Source: a virus
Lineage: Duplodnaviria; Caudoviricetes
Direction: 5' to 3' (one strand)
DNA length: 64,000 bases
Virus record (IMG/VR): IMGVR_UViG_3300020413_000004
Span: 1-64,000 of that record
Made by a program: the position numbers and the translations under genes. A model generated the notes under the pieces. The model saw only the letters and a list, made by a program, of their open reading frames with translations. It did no database searches and was not told where the DNA came from. Within the stretch, counting starts at the first letter, position 1. Every line of letters begins with the position of its first letter. Positions 47,301 through 56,647 of this stretch are shown one piece after another.

Positions 47301-47778
47301 TTGCTTGAGCATCATCTGCCGCGCCTTTCATTTTTAAATCAATCCTGTATTTTTTTGCAACTTTACCTGGAAGCAACCCTTTATTGTTTTGATCAATAGC
47401 ATCGTCGTTGTCGCCTCTACCTAATTCATATCTATCAAATTCATCAACATCTGTAGTAATATATCTACCATTGTTCATGAACATGCCTTTTAATCCTAGG
47501 CGTTTTGCTATTTTACCAAAATATTGTCTTTCTAAAAAGTCATCTGTAACTACAAAGTTTTTTATACCAGTAAATATATTATCATTATCTTTGCCGTCAT
47601 CTAAGGCAAGTGCCATGTCGAAACCTTTGTTTAACACAGCATCTCTATTAATCATTTTACCTTTGCTATGTCCTGCAGATCCTCTAAGGACTGTAGCAAC
47701 AATTTTATCTATCTCTTTATCAAATGTTGCTTCTGTAAGTATTTTGTGCCCTTCAGCAATGGTAATAAAATTTCTCAT
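44350..47778 (-). CDS. large putative head-internal protein with peptidoglycan-binding and annexin-like domains
   Basis: PG_binding_1 pattern ELQ..L...DGKYGKGT..AVKRLQ...DGDAGPNT; annexin pattern LYQAMKG...GTDE. Confidence 0.75.
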   Translation of the reverse strand: MRNFITIAEGHKILTEATFDKEIDKIVATVLRGSAGHSKGKMINRDAVLNKGFDMALALDDGKDNDNIFTGIKNFVVTDDFLERQYFGKIAKRLGLKGMFMNNGRYITTDVDEFDRYELGRGDNDDAIDQNNKGLLPGKVAKKYRIDLKMKGAADDAQAKDSKPGKEWRIQSNGKRSNFNIDRTAPYVDKINKDNVKVRTYGSVEQLKKFFGDDAKIKGTTKVPGKEIKTDVAKDADKAGGITITNDNILKYVDRYEELLKKAQKGEVMMANVDFRSVFGDLYKQLNEEKLSDAEELELQQIVDAMNFAIKNKTINDHYRGYAQDLVDKWKYDKEIAIAAEKEKAKASFDAAANKAKAAKSAAGKDADVDPAQADLDGEKTAQDINKDVMGDPAIYDPDFDKEKEKKKKDSTPRGALAKFAKSGKGGLANDTDEVDAIKELQSRLKDMGIEMSIDGKYGKGTVDAVKRLQEMLGAKQDGDAGPNTIGAMEKMGNIPGVITFYDDLKRMAELSKQVKAESQEFRYFMNILEGGNLLEALSAAEQKEYSDLLAKHKAKFDDTEYQMTLPKSVKDLMGQVIKNDPKGVASATGAGQDADAGKGRFIPLPQDILDYLGLPPATFYIDTLMDESESDFYIVKDPVGKRDRVRSISGGKQVYVRNTQTMAKVTEPEGQMVKDFLDGQGIPYGKDIKGYIESGSEDLSTPLSDAKPASDATDDGSTDAKDDGSTDAKDDGSTDAKDQDGQQSDKNTSKKVDQATGGEAGMAAKLYQAMKGGFTGAGTDEVALFEVFEQITTNQQYKAVSASYLAQFKSDLYTDLEDEIDPGEFYKKDGKVIGTAKQLIFDKIANLASAKADGSTVGKPKASDTTTSQAVDQDGGVSQGQDQVNTSDPNAAAYKDGQAMGAAAASTTDQTVDKTKQPKASVKPRPLTQGGRNKMQDRWDRLYGATHNPDGSPKNENKEYDMTKKVNEAASMNISMNGDNSTEVAELVALLRNAGMEKAEPVSDMPMYKDKHDDMVSKIQMMDPEGPMDSPSPCGMGEEDVGEEWDNSPDEEYKDDDYMTRDIAGGLNRPKPPGALRAKDPAIHNEEVDKYRAQLAKGLEEAYGKFTYKKTANGYEFGGKTYKSEKEARTAEQQAKLKKMG
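45562..45633. repeat. 24-bp tandem repeat x3 (encodes DDGSTDAK)
   Basis: ATCTTTTGCATCTGTTGACCCGTC at 45562, 45586 and 45610. Confidence 0.95.
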
Positions 47779-48347
47779 TATTTACTCCCTATAGGACTTT
47801 TAGTGTTTTCAGTATCGCCAATATCTTTTGATTCTCCTGGCTTTACACCTTCAACAGCGTCTATTTCTCTTTCTTTTCTTGCAGTTTCTAATTCTTTGAG
47901 TAGGTCCATAATCCTGTTACCACCTACCTTGTCTTGACAATCAGGATCAGCTGATTCCATTTCTTCTGTGGTTAGTTTTGCTTCATATGGTTTTTTCTCT
48001 GGATTATCTGGTTGGTATTCTTCAACTGGGTCAAACTCTCCTCTTACAATACAATATCCGTGTGAGCAAGGAATTGAATCACATAAGTACTTCTCTAACA
48101 GGTGTGCTGTTACAGGGTAACCTACTTCTGCTTCAAAGTGTGTCACTTGTTGATTTTGTAATTGTGGAAAGTCCAACGGCTTTTCTGAAATTGGCGTTGT
48201 TTTCCCTTTTGAAAACCCTATAACTTCATATTTGTTAAGTGCTGTTTCCATTTTGTTTTCGCAATCTTCAGGCAATTCACCTGCAATGCGTATTTTAAAT
48301 TTATAAGTCTTTTTAGACTCTGTTAGATATTCTGCAAATTTTTTCAT
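47778..48347 (-). CDS. putative head-associated protein
   Basis: N-terminus MKKFAEYLTES resembles the T4 capsid-targeting sequence. Confidence 0.65.
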   Translation of the reverse strand: MKKFAEYLTESKKTYKFKIRIAGELPEDCENKMETALNKYEVIGFSKGKTTPISEKPLDFPQLQNQQVTHFEAEVGYPVTAHLLEKYLCDSIPCSHGYCIVRGEFDPVEEYQPDNPEKKPYEAKLTTEEMESADPDCQDKVGGNRIMDLLKELETARKEREIDAVEGVKPGESKDIGDTENTKSPIGSK

Positions 48348-48366
48348 GATACTGATCCTATATTAT

Positions 48367-48864
48367 CTATTTATCCATATTCTTGAGTTTTTCTAATATG
48401 CTGTTACGATCTGCAACTATATAACCTTCGCCTTGAACTATTTCACCGTTTGGATTTATGTCTTTATCCAGCTTTTCTTTTTTCAACTGTAGCTCTACCA
48501 TTTTAAGTTTTTTTTCTAACTTAGCATTTTTTGCATCTAAATTTGTTTTCAGCATTTGCCCTGCTACTTCAAATATCCTACCGCTATATCGAGATTCTAC
48601 ATTCATACCCAAGTCCATAAGGTCTTCGTAAGCATCCATGGATTTTACAGCTACTTCGTCTAGCTCACCATCGCCTAAATCTCCTAATCCCTTTACCTGT
48701 GGTAAAGCCGCTTGTATCTTATCAAGTTCCTGTATACTACGTATAGTATCTTCTTGTTCTACAATAGCAGATTCTTTTTTTTCCTCTTTGTCCTGATCAA
48801 TAATTTCTTTTGAATCAGGTAGATTGAGAAGGTCTTCGAGTTTTTTAGTCATAATAGTTTCCAT
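48367..48864 (-). CDS. terminase small subunit (T4 gp16-like)
   Basis: RIFEVAGQMLK matches the gp16 R.FEV.GQL motif; size. Confidence 0.65.
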   Translation of the reverse strand: METIMTKKLEDLLNLPDSKEIIDQDKEEKKESAIVEQEDTIRSIQELDKIQAALPQVKGLGDLGDGELDEVAVKSMDAYEDLMDLGMNVESRYSGRIFEVAGQMLKTNLDAKNAKLEKKLKMVELQLKKEKLDKDINPNGEIVQGEGYIVADRNSILEKLKNMDK

Positions 48865-49550
48865 TAAATACTAGTATTATTTAGTGTTGATAGCGGATCC
48901 TCGGCCCATTCTTCTCTGTCAATTTTGACATACCAAGCTCTATAAGGCTTTCCGTAACCTTCAAATTTAGGGTTCCATAAGTATTTACGCATCCACTTAT
49001 CATATCCTTTGCCTGACCCTGCGTTATTTGTTTTAATAAAAACTCTTTTTACATGTTTAAAAACATCATTAAAGAAAAACACCCAGTCAAATCTTGTTCC
49101 TTGTTCTAGGTATTTCTTTGCTGGTCCGGCAGTTGCTAGTGAGTCAAACGTTGTTCTAGTAGCAGTAAACAAATCGTATTTTCCAGGAAACTTCATAGGC
49201 TTTCTATTATAGATGTACATAGGATGTACTTTGAGATTTATAATTTCCCAGCACAATGGATATATTTCTCCTTCAAACTCGTCACCTATATCAGTAGCCT
49301 CTACTTGAATGCCTTCTTTCATTAACAACCAAGGAAGTAATCCGATTCCGGTACCGACATCGATAGCAGTTTTTATTCCGTCCAAATTACATCTCTGAAC
49401 AAAGAATTCTTTCTCTTTTAAATAATGATCCCATTTACGTAAAAACTTTGCTCCTACACCATACTTGTCAGGATATCCGTGATTAGTAGTTTCTATGTTT
49501 GGATTTCTTAATAATTTTTGTAATATTTCTTCTTTATAGTCTATTATCAT
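48864..49550 (-). CDS. SAM methyltransferase-like protein
   Basis: IDVGTGIG motif I; ATD; YDL. Confidence 0.65.
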   Translation of the reverse strand: MIIDYKEEILQKLLRNPNIETTNHGYPDKYGVGAKFLRKWDHYLKEKEFFVQRCNLDGIKTAIDVGTGIGLLPWLLMKEGIQVEATDIGDEFEGEIYPLCWEIINLKVHPMYIYNRKPMKFPGKYDLFTATRTTFDSLATAGPAKKYLEQGTRFDWVFFFNDVFKHVKRVFIKTNNAGSGKGYDKWMRKYLWNPKFEGYGKPYRAWYVKIDREEWAEDPLSTLNNTSI

Positions 49551-49987
49551 TATCTATTACCTCCTTGATGAAATATATCATTTTCAGTAACTACTCTAAA
49601 AGTTATCCTATTTTGTCTACACCAATGTCTCGCGGCTTCCCACTTTGCTTGGTTCAATATGTAACTTGCTTTGTTGTGATTACTTCTACCAACCTTTTCT
49701 CTCAATGCTTGGTTTGCAGGTTTTACTTCAATACATTCTGCTTTAGGTTTACCATTTCTATCAGTATATGCAATAAAAAAATCTGGTACATACACAGTAT
49801 GTTTTCCTGTCAGTGGATTTCTATATGGTATCTTAAATGCTTCCGAAGCCCATTGACTTACACTTGGATGCTCGTCGCAAAACCGCATGAAAGCAAATTC
49901 CCAACTGCTTCTATATGTTGGCGTTTTTCTACCTGAATATTTTTCGGGATTCTTTAAGGTATATTTGCCTGAAGCAAACCTAGCCAT
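49550..49987 (-). CDS. head completion nuclease (T4 gp4)
   Basis: NPEKY, YRSSWE, WASE, YVPDF, IEVKP, NQAKWEAA. Confidence 0.9.
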   Translation of the reverse strand: MARFASGKYTLKNPEKYSGRKTPTYRSSWEFAFMRFCDEHPSVSQWASEAFKIPYRNPLTGKHTVYVPDFFIAYTDRNGKPKAECIEVKPANQALREKVGRSNHNKASYILNQAKWEAARHWCRQNRITFRVVTENDIFHQGGNR

Positions 49988-49988
49988 A

Positions 49989-50360
49989 TTACACCACTAC
50001 GTTTCTACGTTCACCGTACTCAAATGTAGGAGTAATTTTAAAACCTAATGTAGATGATTTGTTTCTTTGGAAGTTTAAAACTTGTGTTACTACTTTACTT
50101 AATTGTACTTCGTCAAATCCTTTTAACGTATCTAACAATTGGAATACATTAACTTCATCTAGTTTAGCTTGTGTTAGTAATGCTTGACTTACAGAAATTG
50201 CGGCTGTTTTATCAAAATCTCTTTTTGTAAAAAATCCAACAACAGCATCAAAATCATTGGCGGAGAATTCTAATGTTTTATTAAAATAATTATTAAAAAA
50301 TTCTACTACCCGTTGTTCTGACTTTTTTTCTTTGGGAGGTAACGCTGTATCTTCTGCCAT
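49989..50360 (-). CDS. hypothetical tail/baseplate-region protein
   Basis: 123-aa ORF in the late operon. Confidence 0.65.
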   Translation of the reverse strand: MAEDTALPPKEKKSEQRVVEFFNNYFNKTLEFSANDFDAVVGFFTKRDFDKTAAISVSQALLTQAKLDEVNVFQLLDTLKGFDEVQLSKVVTQVLNFQRNKSSTLGFKITPTFEYGERRNVVV

Positions 50361-50371
50361 ATCAATATCCT

Positions 50372-51445
50372 TTACTTAGGAAAAATAGTATTTGCAACAC
50401 CACTAACATCTGATCCACCGATGCCGCCTATGGTGTCTTTCAAAACACTAAATCCTCCTGCTCGTAAACCGCTTGAATTTAAATTTTGTACATTTCCTAT
50501 TAAGTTTGCACCTGCTAGTATAGCTGATAATGGGCTACTGAATCCTTTACCAGTTCTTGCATAATCAAATAAATCTATACCTGCACCTAGTATTCCGCCT
50601 AAGCCTACATTACCACCACCTGCTAGTGTAATTGGACTAGGAGTAGTATCGTAATGTGAAGATTCTCCAAAGCCTTTAGGATCACCATTGGCACCTGCTG
50701 TTACAGGTCCACGATCATACCATACTGCTTCATATTTAACTGTCATTTGATTTTGCATAGTTCCACTGCCGTCAGCCATGTCAACTGAATCGTGTGCCCA
50801 GTTTTCTATAATTGGATTGACTAATGTATAGGTAGTATATGTATGTCTGGATAGTTGACTAATTTGTATGTTTGTAAAAAAAGGATCTGTAGAATCGTTA
50901 TCTAAACCGTAACGATATTTGTTTAGCTCTGGTCCAGCATATGTATTATCTCCTGGACTTGCAGAACCAAAAGATGATCCGTCTACTGCTGTTCCTGTAA
51001 AACTTCTATTATATGCAACAGGGTATTGTCCATATTGTCCGTCTACAAAGTAGTATCTGTAGTATGCTTCAAGCATAGCAGTTGTTATTCCAAGATTATC
51101 GTCATGGAATGTAATATTTACAGGTTCATAGGATATACTTGTTTGTACATTTTTTACACGATTGTATTTTTTTCTAGTATCAACCATTGCAGAAAATTTA
51201 GGTAAGTCTGCTGACTTTACTAAAAGTCCTGCTTCTAACTTATGTCTATTTTCAAATGTTGGAAAACTTTTTAATGCTAAATTACCAAATTGGAATGCTA
51301 CATGAAAAAGGAATTTAGCTTTAGGAGCAAGCCTAAACGAGTCGTCAACAAACGTGCGAGATGCATGACGAAAGTCTGCTAAGTTACCTTTTGGATTTAA
51401 AACACCTGATGCTAGGTTATCTAAAAATCCGTTAAAATTAGCCAT
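50372..51445 (-). CDS. tail-tube-fold baseplate protein (gp48/gp54-like)
   Basis: KSADLP, YEPVNITFHDD; adjacent to the tail tube gene. Confidence 0.65.
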   Translation of the reverse strand: MANFNGFLDNLASGVLNPKGNLADFRHASRTFVDDSFRLAPKAKFLFHVAFQFGNLALKSFPTFENRHKLEAGLLVKSADLPKFSAMVDTRKKYNRVKNVQTSISYEPVNITFHDDNLGITTAMLEAYYRYYFVDGQYGQYPVAYNRSFTGTAVDGSSFGSASPGDNTYAGPELNKYRYGLDNDSTDPFFTNIQISQLSRHTYTTYTLVNPIIENWAHDSVDMADGSGTMQNQMTVKYEAVWYDRGPVTAGANGDPKGFGESSHYDTTPSPITLAGGGNVGLGGILGAGIDLFDYARTGKGFSSPLSAILAGANLIGNVQNLNSSGLRAGGFSVLKDTIGGIGGSDVSGVANTIFPK

Positions 51446-51501
51446 TAAATAAATCTCCTGTTACTAATATTTATCTTTTGAATTTAAGTGCGTATATAAA
51501 G

Positions 51502-51529
51502 AGAAAGGGGTGCCTAAACACCCCTTCTA
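51502..51529 (-). terminator. terminator after the tail tube gene
   Basis: AAGGGGTG...CACCCCTT hairpin. Confidence 0.65.
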
Positions 51530-51550
51530 ATAGATTAGGATTTGTTGCTG

Positions 51551-52180
51551 TTAGGCTCCAGCGCCTGTAACTAGCGTATTAACTGTTCTACCAACTGCTG
51601 TACCAATACCAGTACCTTGTGGTGTTTGAACAGCGTTGTCGTAACGTACAGCAAGTGTTACTGTAACTGGTTCTGTACCTGCTGAATATGCTAAAGTATT
51701 GTAGTTTGCACTTTCAAGGTAACAACCATAAAGTTCAAATGTTTCAAGTACAGTTGGTGTATTAGCACCGTTACCACCGTCTAGTATTTCAATTCTTGTT
51801 GCGAATTTGTAATCTAAACCTGATGCCGCACTTGATTGCTCGTAAAAGTCAAATTGTTTCTGTAGTTGCTCGCCAACAAGTTTTTGAACATTGTTATTAA
51901 CATCTTCACGTAAATTAATAGTGATTGGCTCCCAAGTATGTTTACCAGCTAGGTACACTCTTGAGTTGTAAATGTCAATTGTCATTTGATCAAAACTTAC
52001 GTTTGGTCGAGTAACATCAACTACTTGTTTTGTTAGTTCTGTTGTTGGTGTTGAAACACCAAAGTTTTCTAAAGATAGCCTAAATCTATATTGCATTTTA
52101 GGCATTAACAGGCCTTGGTTACTAGCAGAATCGCCGCTTGCCAAAGGCACAGTCATTTTTGATAGTGTTGATATTGCCAT
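51551..52180 (-). CDS. tail tube protein (T4 gp19)
   Basis: YRFR, YLAGKHTWEPITI, ELYGCY, YD; follows the sheath gene. Confidence 0.88.
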   Translation of the reverse strand: MAISTLSKMTVPLASGDSASNQGLLMPKMQYRFRLSLENFGVSTPTTELTKQVVDVTRPNVSFDQMTIDIYNSRVYLAGKHTWEPITINLREDVNNNVQKLVGEQLQKQFDFYEQSSAASGLDYKFATRIEILDGGNGANTPTVLETFELYGCYLESANYNTLAYSAGTEPVTVTLAVRYDNAVQTPQGTGIGTAVGRTVNTLVTGAGA

Positions 52181-52214
52181 TATTTTGCTCCTAATCTAAT
52201 ATTATTTATCATAA

Positions 52215-55200
52215 TTACAGTCCTGCTATTTCTCCAGTATTTTTGAGTCTTAGTGGAATGTATATGAATTCAACTGCCTTGACAGGTTCTACAGCAATAT
52301 CTAAGTATAACTCATTTCTATCAATTCTTGCCGGAGTATTGTTTGATTCGTCACACACTACTAAGAAGTCATATAATGCTCTTTGACCAACAAGTTCAAG
52401 CATCAAACTTTCAGCCGCTTGTTTAATTTCATCTCTAGTAATCTTATCGTTTGGTTCAAACAAGTAAGGTTTTGCAAGTGTATTAAGTTGGCTACGTAGA
52501 TAAATTACAAGCCTAGCAACATTAATTCTATCTAATGAACTTGCTGTAAGTTGTCTAGTTTTTTGTCCAAAGTTCACTAAACCTGCACCTGTAATGAATG
52601 TAATTGGGTTAACATTATTTGCGTATAATGTGTCTCTCAATCCCTCATTAAGTGCAACTGATTTAAATTCGCCTTCTGCTGTAATAAACCCTGTTGAACT
52701 TGCGTTTGTAATTCCGCCTCTTCTTGTACCTGCTGGTGCAAACCATGGAAACGAAACTTGATCACTAAGTGCAATAGTTCTAAGCATCATGTGGCTCGGT
52801 GGTACTACAACATTTTTACCAAAGTTGTCGCTAGTAAATCCACCTGGATAAAATACTGCTAAGTATGGATCCGATGTTACCAATCCGTTGTCATTATCTT
52901 CAACGGCTTTGTTAACATTAGTAGCCCAGTTATTAATATCTGTTGCGTTAGCTTTTAATCTAAACGGTGAATCTCCAACTACAAATGCTGTAAGTCCTCT
53001 ATCGTAGTTTAGTGATTTCATTTCGCCGATTAGTTCTGGATAACCAGGGCATGCCATCATATTAAAGATTCTTGATTCGTCATCTCTAATATCATCATTA
53101 CTATTAACCATTGCTTGTAATGATTGTATAATAACTTTACGCTGAGCTTTTCTACCAAAACTACCAGAACCATCTGGTTGATTTGCTGATTCAGTTACCC
53201 AACGATCTGCATGATAGCCAGCCATTGACTGGTCGTTAAATCTAGTATTGTTTGTTGCTGTGTTAATATAGTTTCTCTTGTACTTCTTAACATTAAATCC
53301 ACTTCTTCTTGTATTGAAAAGCAACATGCCTTTTGGATACAATGCTGGATCTGGAGCGTCTGGGTCCATATAGTCACTTGCCATTAAGTCTGCAATAGTT
53401 CCTGGTGTGGAAGAGTTTGCTCCTTGTGTATTGTATCTAGCATCAGCAAACAGTATACCTTCGTCTGTTGTTTGGTCTCCTGTATCCATTGCAAACCATC
53501 TGTTTGCAATAGGAAGATCAGTTCTATCTGCATTATGTTTGTAAATTTTTGGATAATTTTCTAAGTCTGAAGTGTCAATCCATAAGTCTCCAGTTACTAG
53601 TGCAGTTCCGTCACTTTGTAACACTGGCGCTGTTGCAGAAACTGTAGGACCTTCTGGATCTGGAGTTTTTGTGCTATCTGCATTATAAAATGGAGATGCT
53701 GTTGAACTCTGTCCACTTGATCCATCATAAACATAACCTACAAACTCACTGCCGTTGTGAACTAAAATATCTGCTTCGTCAACTGTTGAATTGTACCATA
53801 GTGTACCTTCAGTAGTTGTAGCAGTAACTTGTGTGTCACTAGCTGTGTAGCTTAATACTCTCCAAGTAGTTGCTTGAAGTTGTAATGGATTTGTTGATCC
53901 TGATGTTCCCTGTGCATATTGCAGATTAGGTGTTCCGCTTGTAGCTGAAACATAAGGTGAAAATCCTGCATTTGTTAGTACACTATTTGTATCAACAAAT
54001 TTCATTTCACCACCTAATGCATGTGATATAACAACAGTATTAGTTGCGGTAACTGTAGCACTAACATTCTCAATATTAGCTGTGTTAATTGCACCTGCTA
54101 ATACTCCTGCATCACTAACTGCACCTGTATAAGTTGCAGAAACTGTTATTGCCGCGTTAAATGCTAGTTGTGTATTATCTGTTGAAGCTACAGTAAATGT
54201 TTTAGTTCCTGAAGAAATGCTTCCTGAAATAATTTTGTTACTTGTAATAACTGTAGGAGCAACACCTTGTCTTCTAAATATTTTAAAAGTACCTAAAGGC
54301 TTTGTATCGCCTGCAACATTACTTTGTACATAAAGGTCTCCGGTAAGCATATTTGTTCCACCACCGGTTTTATCCATTTCATAAATTGCTTCTCTATGTG
54401 AAGGATAAATTCCAGGGTTTACTGTTTCCCAAAGCTGTGTACTGTTATTCCATTTTTTAACTGAATATTTTGCACCAAGATTGGCTGTGGTTGTTTTAAT
54501 CCATACAGAACCTGTTGGTCTTGAGTAGGTATCAGCAGTTTTATATTCTGGAATATTTGTATGTTTAGCAATAGTTAATGCTGGTGGATAATATGTACCT
54601 GCGGCAATTCCTAACTCAGTAAGTTTGGTTGAGTCGCCACCTATCAATATATCACCTGCTGTAGTTGAATCTTCAGCGGCACTACCTGTACCGTCACTGT
54701 AGATCTCTAACTTTCCGTCAACTGCTTCTGCTGTAACTCCTGTAATAGAAAGTCCATTAATTGTAGAAGCAACGTTTGCTACTGTATTAGCTGACGATAT
54801 TGATACTGATGTACCATTAATACTTATTGAAGCAGTTCCTGCAAATGTTGGATTTGCTACAGAACCTTGTATTGTAGGCCAACTCTTGCACCAAGGATCA
54901 CTACCTACTAGTACCCATGTACCACTTGTATTTCTGTAAAATACTTTATTCAATGTAGAAGTTGCAACAACAGCATAATCACCAACTTTACCGACTGTGC
55001 TGGCAGGGATGTCGCCGGAAAATCCGTTAGTACCTAATGAACCTGTGTTAACAACTTTTGTTGTATCTGTAATTACAATTGGAACCTTGTTTGAAAACAC
55101 TTGACCTTTGTTTAATACAGAAGCACCGTTCCATTCTTGAACGCCCCATAATGTATTTGCTGTGTCAAGCCAATAAGTTCCATCTGCAGGTGTTGCCGCA

Positions 55201-55580
55201 GGAGCTGTTGTCGAAGCATCTAGTTGACTTGTGTCAACGTCTGCTCTCACTACGTAAGCTCTGTTTGCAATACCTAAATATGAATAAGCCGCTTGTAATC
55301 CATACTCGTTTAATTCGCTTCCGTGTATTGGATTATTGCTTGTATCAGTTTTGAAGACTGGATCTCCAAAATTGTCTACTAAATCTCTTTGTGAAGTTAA
55401 TAAGTACACCTTGCCTGCGTTTGTAGCTAATGTACCTGGTGCTGTTCCTGTACCTGCACCGTTTTTCTTGTTTGCCGCACTAGCGACAAATATCATTGGA
55501 AGGGTACCTGGTTCCGCGGGTGTATAGAAACTTTCATCTACTACGCTAACCGATACTCCTGGTGATACTAATCCTGCCAT
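52215..55580 (-). CDS. contractile tail sheath protein (T4 gp18)
   Basis: SPGV N-terminus; WFAPAG.RRG; NVNPI; DRINVARL; FEPND. Confidence 0.95.
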   Translation of the reverse strand: MAGLVSPGVSVSVVDESFYTPAEPGTLPMIFVASAANKKNGAGTGTAPGTLATNAGKVYLLTSQRDLVDNFGDPVFKTDTSNNPIHGSELNEYGLQAAYSYLGIANRAYVVRADVDTSQLDASTTAPAATPADGTYWLDTANTLWGVQEWNGASVLNKGQVFSNKVPIVITDTTKVVNTGSLGTNGFSGDIPASTVGKVGDYAVVATSTLNKVFYRNTSGTWVLVGSDPWCKSWPTIQGSVANPTFAGTASISINGTSVSISSANTVANVASTINGLSITGVTAEAVDGKLEIYSDGTGSAAEDSTTAGDILIGGDSTKLTELGIAAGTYYPPALTIAKHTNIPEYKTADTYSRPTGSVWIKTTTANLGAKYSVKKWNNSTQLWETVNPGIYPSHREAIYEMDKTGGGTNMLTGDLYVQSNVAGDTKPLGTFKIFRRQGVAPTVITSNKIISGSISSGTKTFTVASTDNTQLAFNAAITVSATYTGAVSDAGVLAGAINTANIENVSATVTATNTVVISHALGGEMKFVDTNSVLTNAGFSPYVSATSGTPNLQYAQGTSGSTNPLQLQATTWRVLSYTASDTQVTATTTEGTLWYNSTVDEADILVHNGSEFVGYVYDGSSGQSSTASPFYNADSTKTPDPEGPTVSATAPVLQSDGTALVTGDLWIDTSDLENYPKIYKHNADRTDLPIANRWFAMDTGDQTTDEGILFADARYNTQGANSSTPGTIADLMASDYMDPDAPDPALYPKGMLLFNTRRSGFNVKKYKRNYINTATNNTRFNDQSMAGYHADRWVTESANQPDGSGSFGRKAQRKVIIQSLQAMVNSNDDIRDDESRIFNMMACPGYPELIGEMKSLNYDRGLTAFVVGDSPFRLKANATDINNWATNVNKAVEDNDNGLVTSDPYLAVFYPGGFTSDNFGKNVVVPPSHMMLRTIALSDQVSFPWFAPAGTRRGGITNASSTGFITAEGEFKSVALNEGLRDTLYANNVNPITFITGAGLVNFGQKTRQLTASSLDRINVARLVIYLRSQLNTLAKPYLFEPNDKITRDEIKQAAESLMLELVGQRALYDFLVVCDESNNTPARIDRNELYLDIAVEPVKAVEFIYIPLRLKNTGEIAGL

Positions 55581-55691
55581 GTTAATCTCCTATCGTGGAC
55601 GTCATCATTCTACTTGTATTTAGCAAACAAAGTTGAAAACACCCATACAAACCTGCATGAAAAGGGGCGGAAAAGGTGAGCTAAATACAAC

Positions 55692-56033
55692 ATGAGACCG
55701 TTATGTACGTTATGTGTTACTAGACCCGCCGCTATAAATTATAAAAAAAATAATAGAACATACTATAGAAAAAAATGTGAAGTATGTTTAAAACATAGTG
55801 GTGCAAACTATGGAACTCCTAGATGGAAACAAGTTGGCTACGAAAAGAAAAACAGTTGCGAAAAATGTGGATATAAAAGTTCTCATTCAGAACAGTTTAA
55901 TGTATTTCATATAGATGGAAATTTAACTAACTGTAATTATAGTAATTTAAAAACTATCTGTGCTAACTGTCAACGTCTTATACAAAAAAACGGTGTTAGA
56001 TGGAAACAAGGTGATCTTTTACCAGACTTTTAA
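55692..56033 (+). CDS. HNH endonuclease / zinc-finger protein
   Basis: CxxC pairs; HIDGNLTNCNYSNLKTICANC. Confidence 0.8.
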   Translation: MRPLCTLCVTRPAAINYKKNNRTYYRKKCEVCLKHSGANYGTPRWKQVGYEKKNSCEKCGYKSSHSEQFNVFHIDGNLTNCNYSNLKTICANCQRLIQKNGVRWKQGDLLPDF

Positions 56034-56589
56034 GATCTTCAGTAGTTCCGTCGTTTGCTAAAATGTAATCCATTTGTACATTGGCCCAAGCCCATTCAGA
56101 CTTATGTACATCAGTAGGTTCTTGGCCTAGATCTTTGTACAATCTAAACCAAAGTGGATCAGGACCTCTTCTAACTTGGCATATTCTTCCACCTAACGAT
56201 CTAATCATTTTAGCTTCATTCTCAAATCGCACGTCTGGAATAACGTAGTTTTTATCTTTGTTGTTTAATAATTGTTGTTTTACTAAACTTACCCAGATGC
56301 CATCATAAAAACCATTACGCATACAATCAGTACCAAATAGTTGAAGGATAAGGCGCGGTGTAATTTCTTCACTAGTTTCTTTTGTCCAGAATTCGTCTTG
56401 TTGTTCTCGCCACTTTCTTGAGTCATCTGTGTCTCCTTCTAACATTTGCCTGTCCCAACCAAACACAGAGCTAACTCCGTCTTTTAGTTTATCTGCAAAT
56501 GAAAGTTTTTCGTAGCTATGTTCTTCGACTAAAATGTCAGCGACTGTACCTTTTCCTGAGCCAATCAGTCCACAAATACCTATAATCAT
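55996..56589 (-). CDS. deoxynucleoside monophosphate kinase (T4 gp1-like)
   Basis: GLIGSGKGT, SFADKLK, PRLILQLFGTD, DVRFENE, HKSE; promoter TTGACA-N17-TATAAT at 56612-56640. Confidence 0.9.
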   Translation of the reverse strand: MIIGICGLIGSGKGTVADILVEEHSYEKLSFADKLKDGVSSVFGWDRQMLEGDTDDSRKWREQQDEFWTKETSEEITPRLILQLFGTDCMRNGFYDGIWVSLVKQQLLNNKDKNYVIPDVRFENEAKMIRSLGGRICQVRRGPDPLWFRLYKDLGQEPTDVHKSEWAWANVQMDYILANDGTTEDLKSLVKDHLVSI

Positions 56590-56647
56590 AGTGAGTCCTT
56601 TAATTGTATATATTATACGATATTATAGGGTGTTTGTCAAGTGGTTT

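Noticed and set aside
55692-56033. Mobile intron or homing element
   Set aside because: Free-standing HNH gene with its own late promoter; neighbouring genes are uninterrupted
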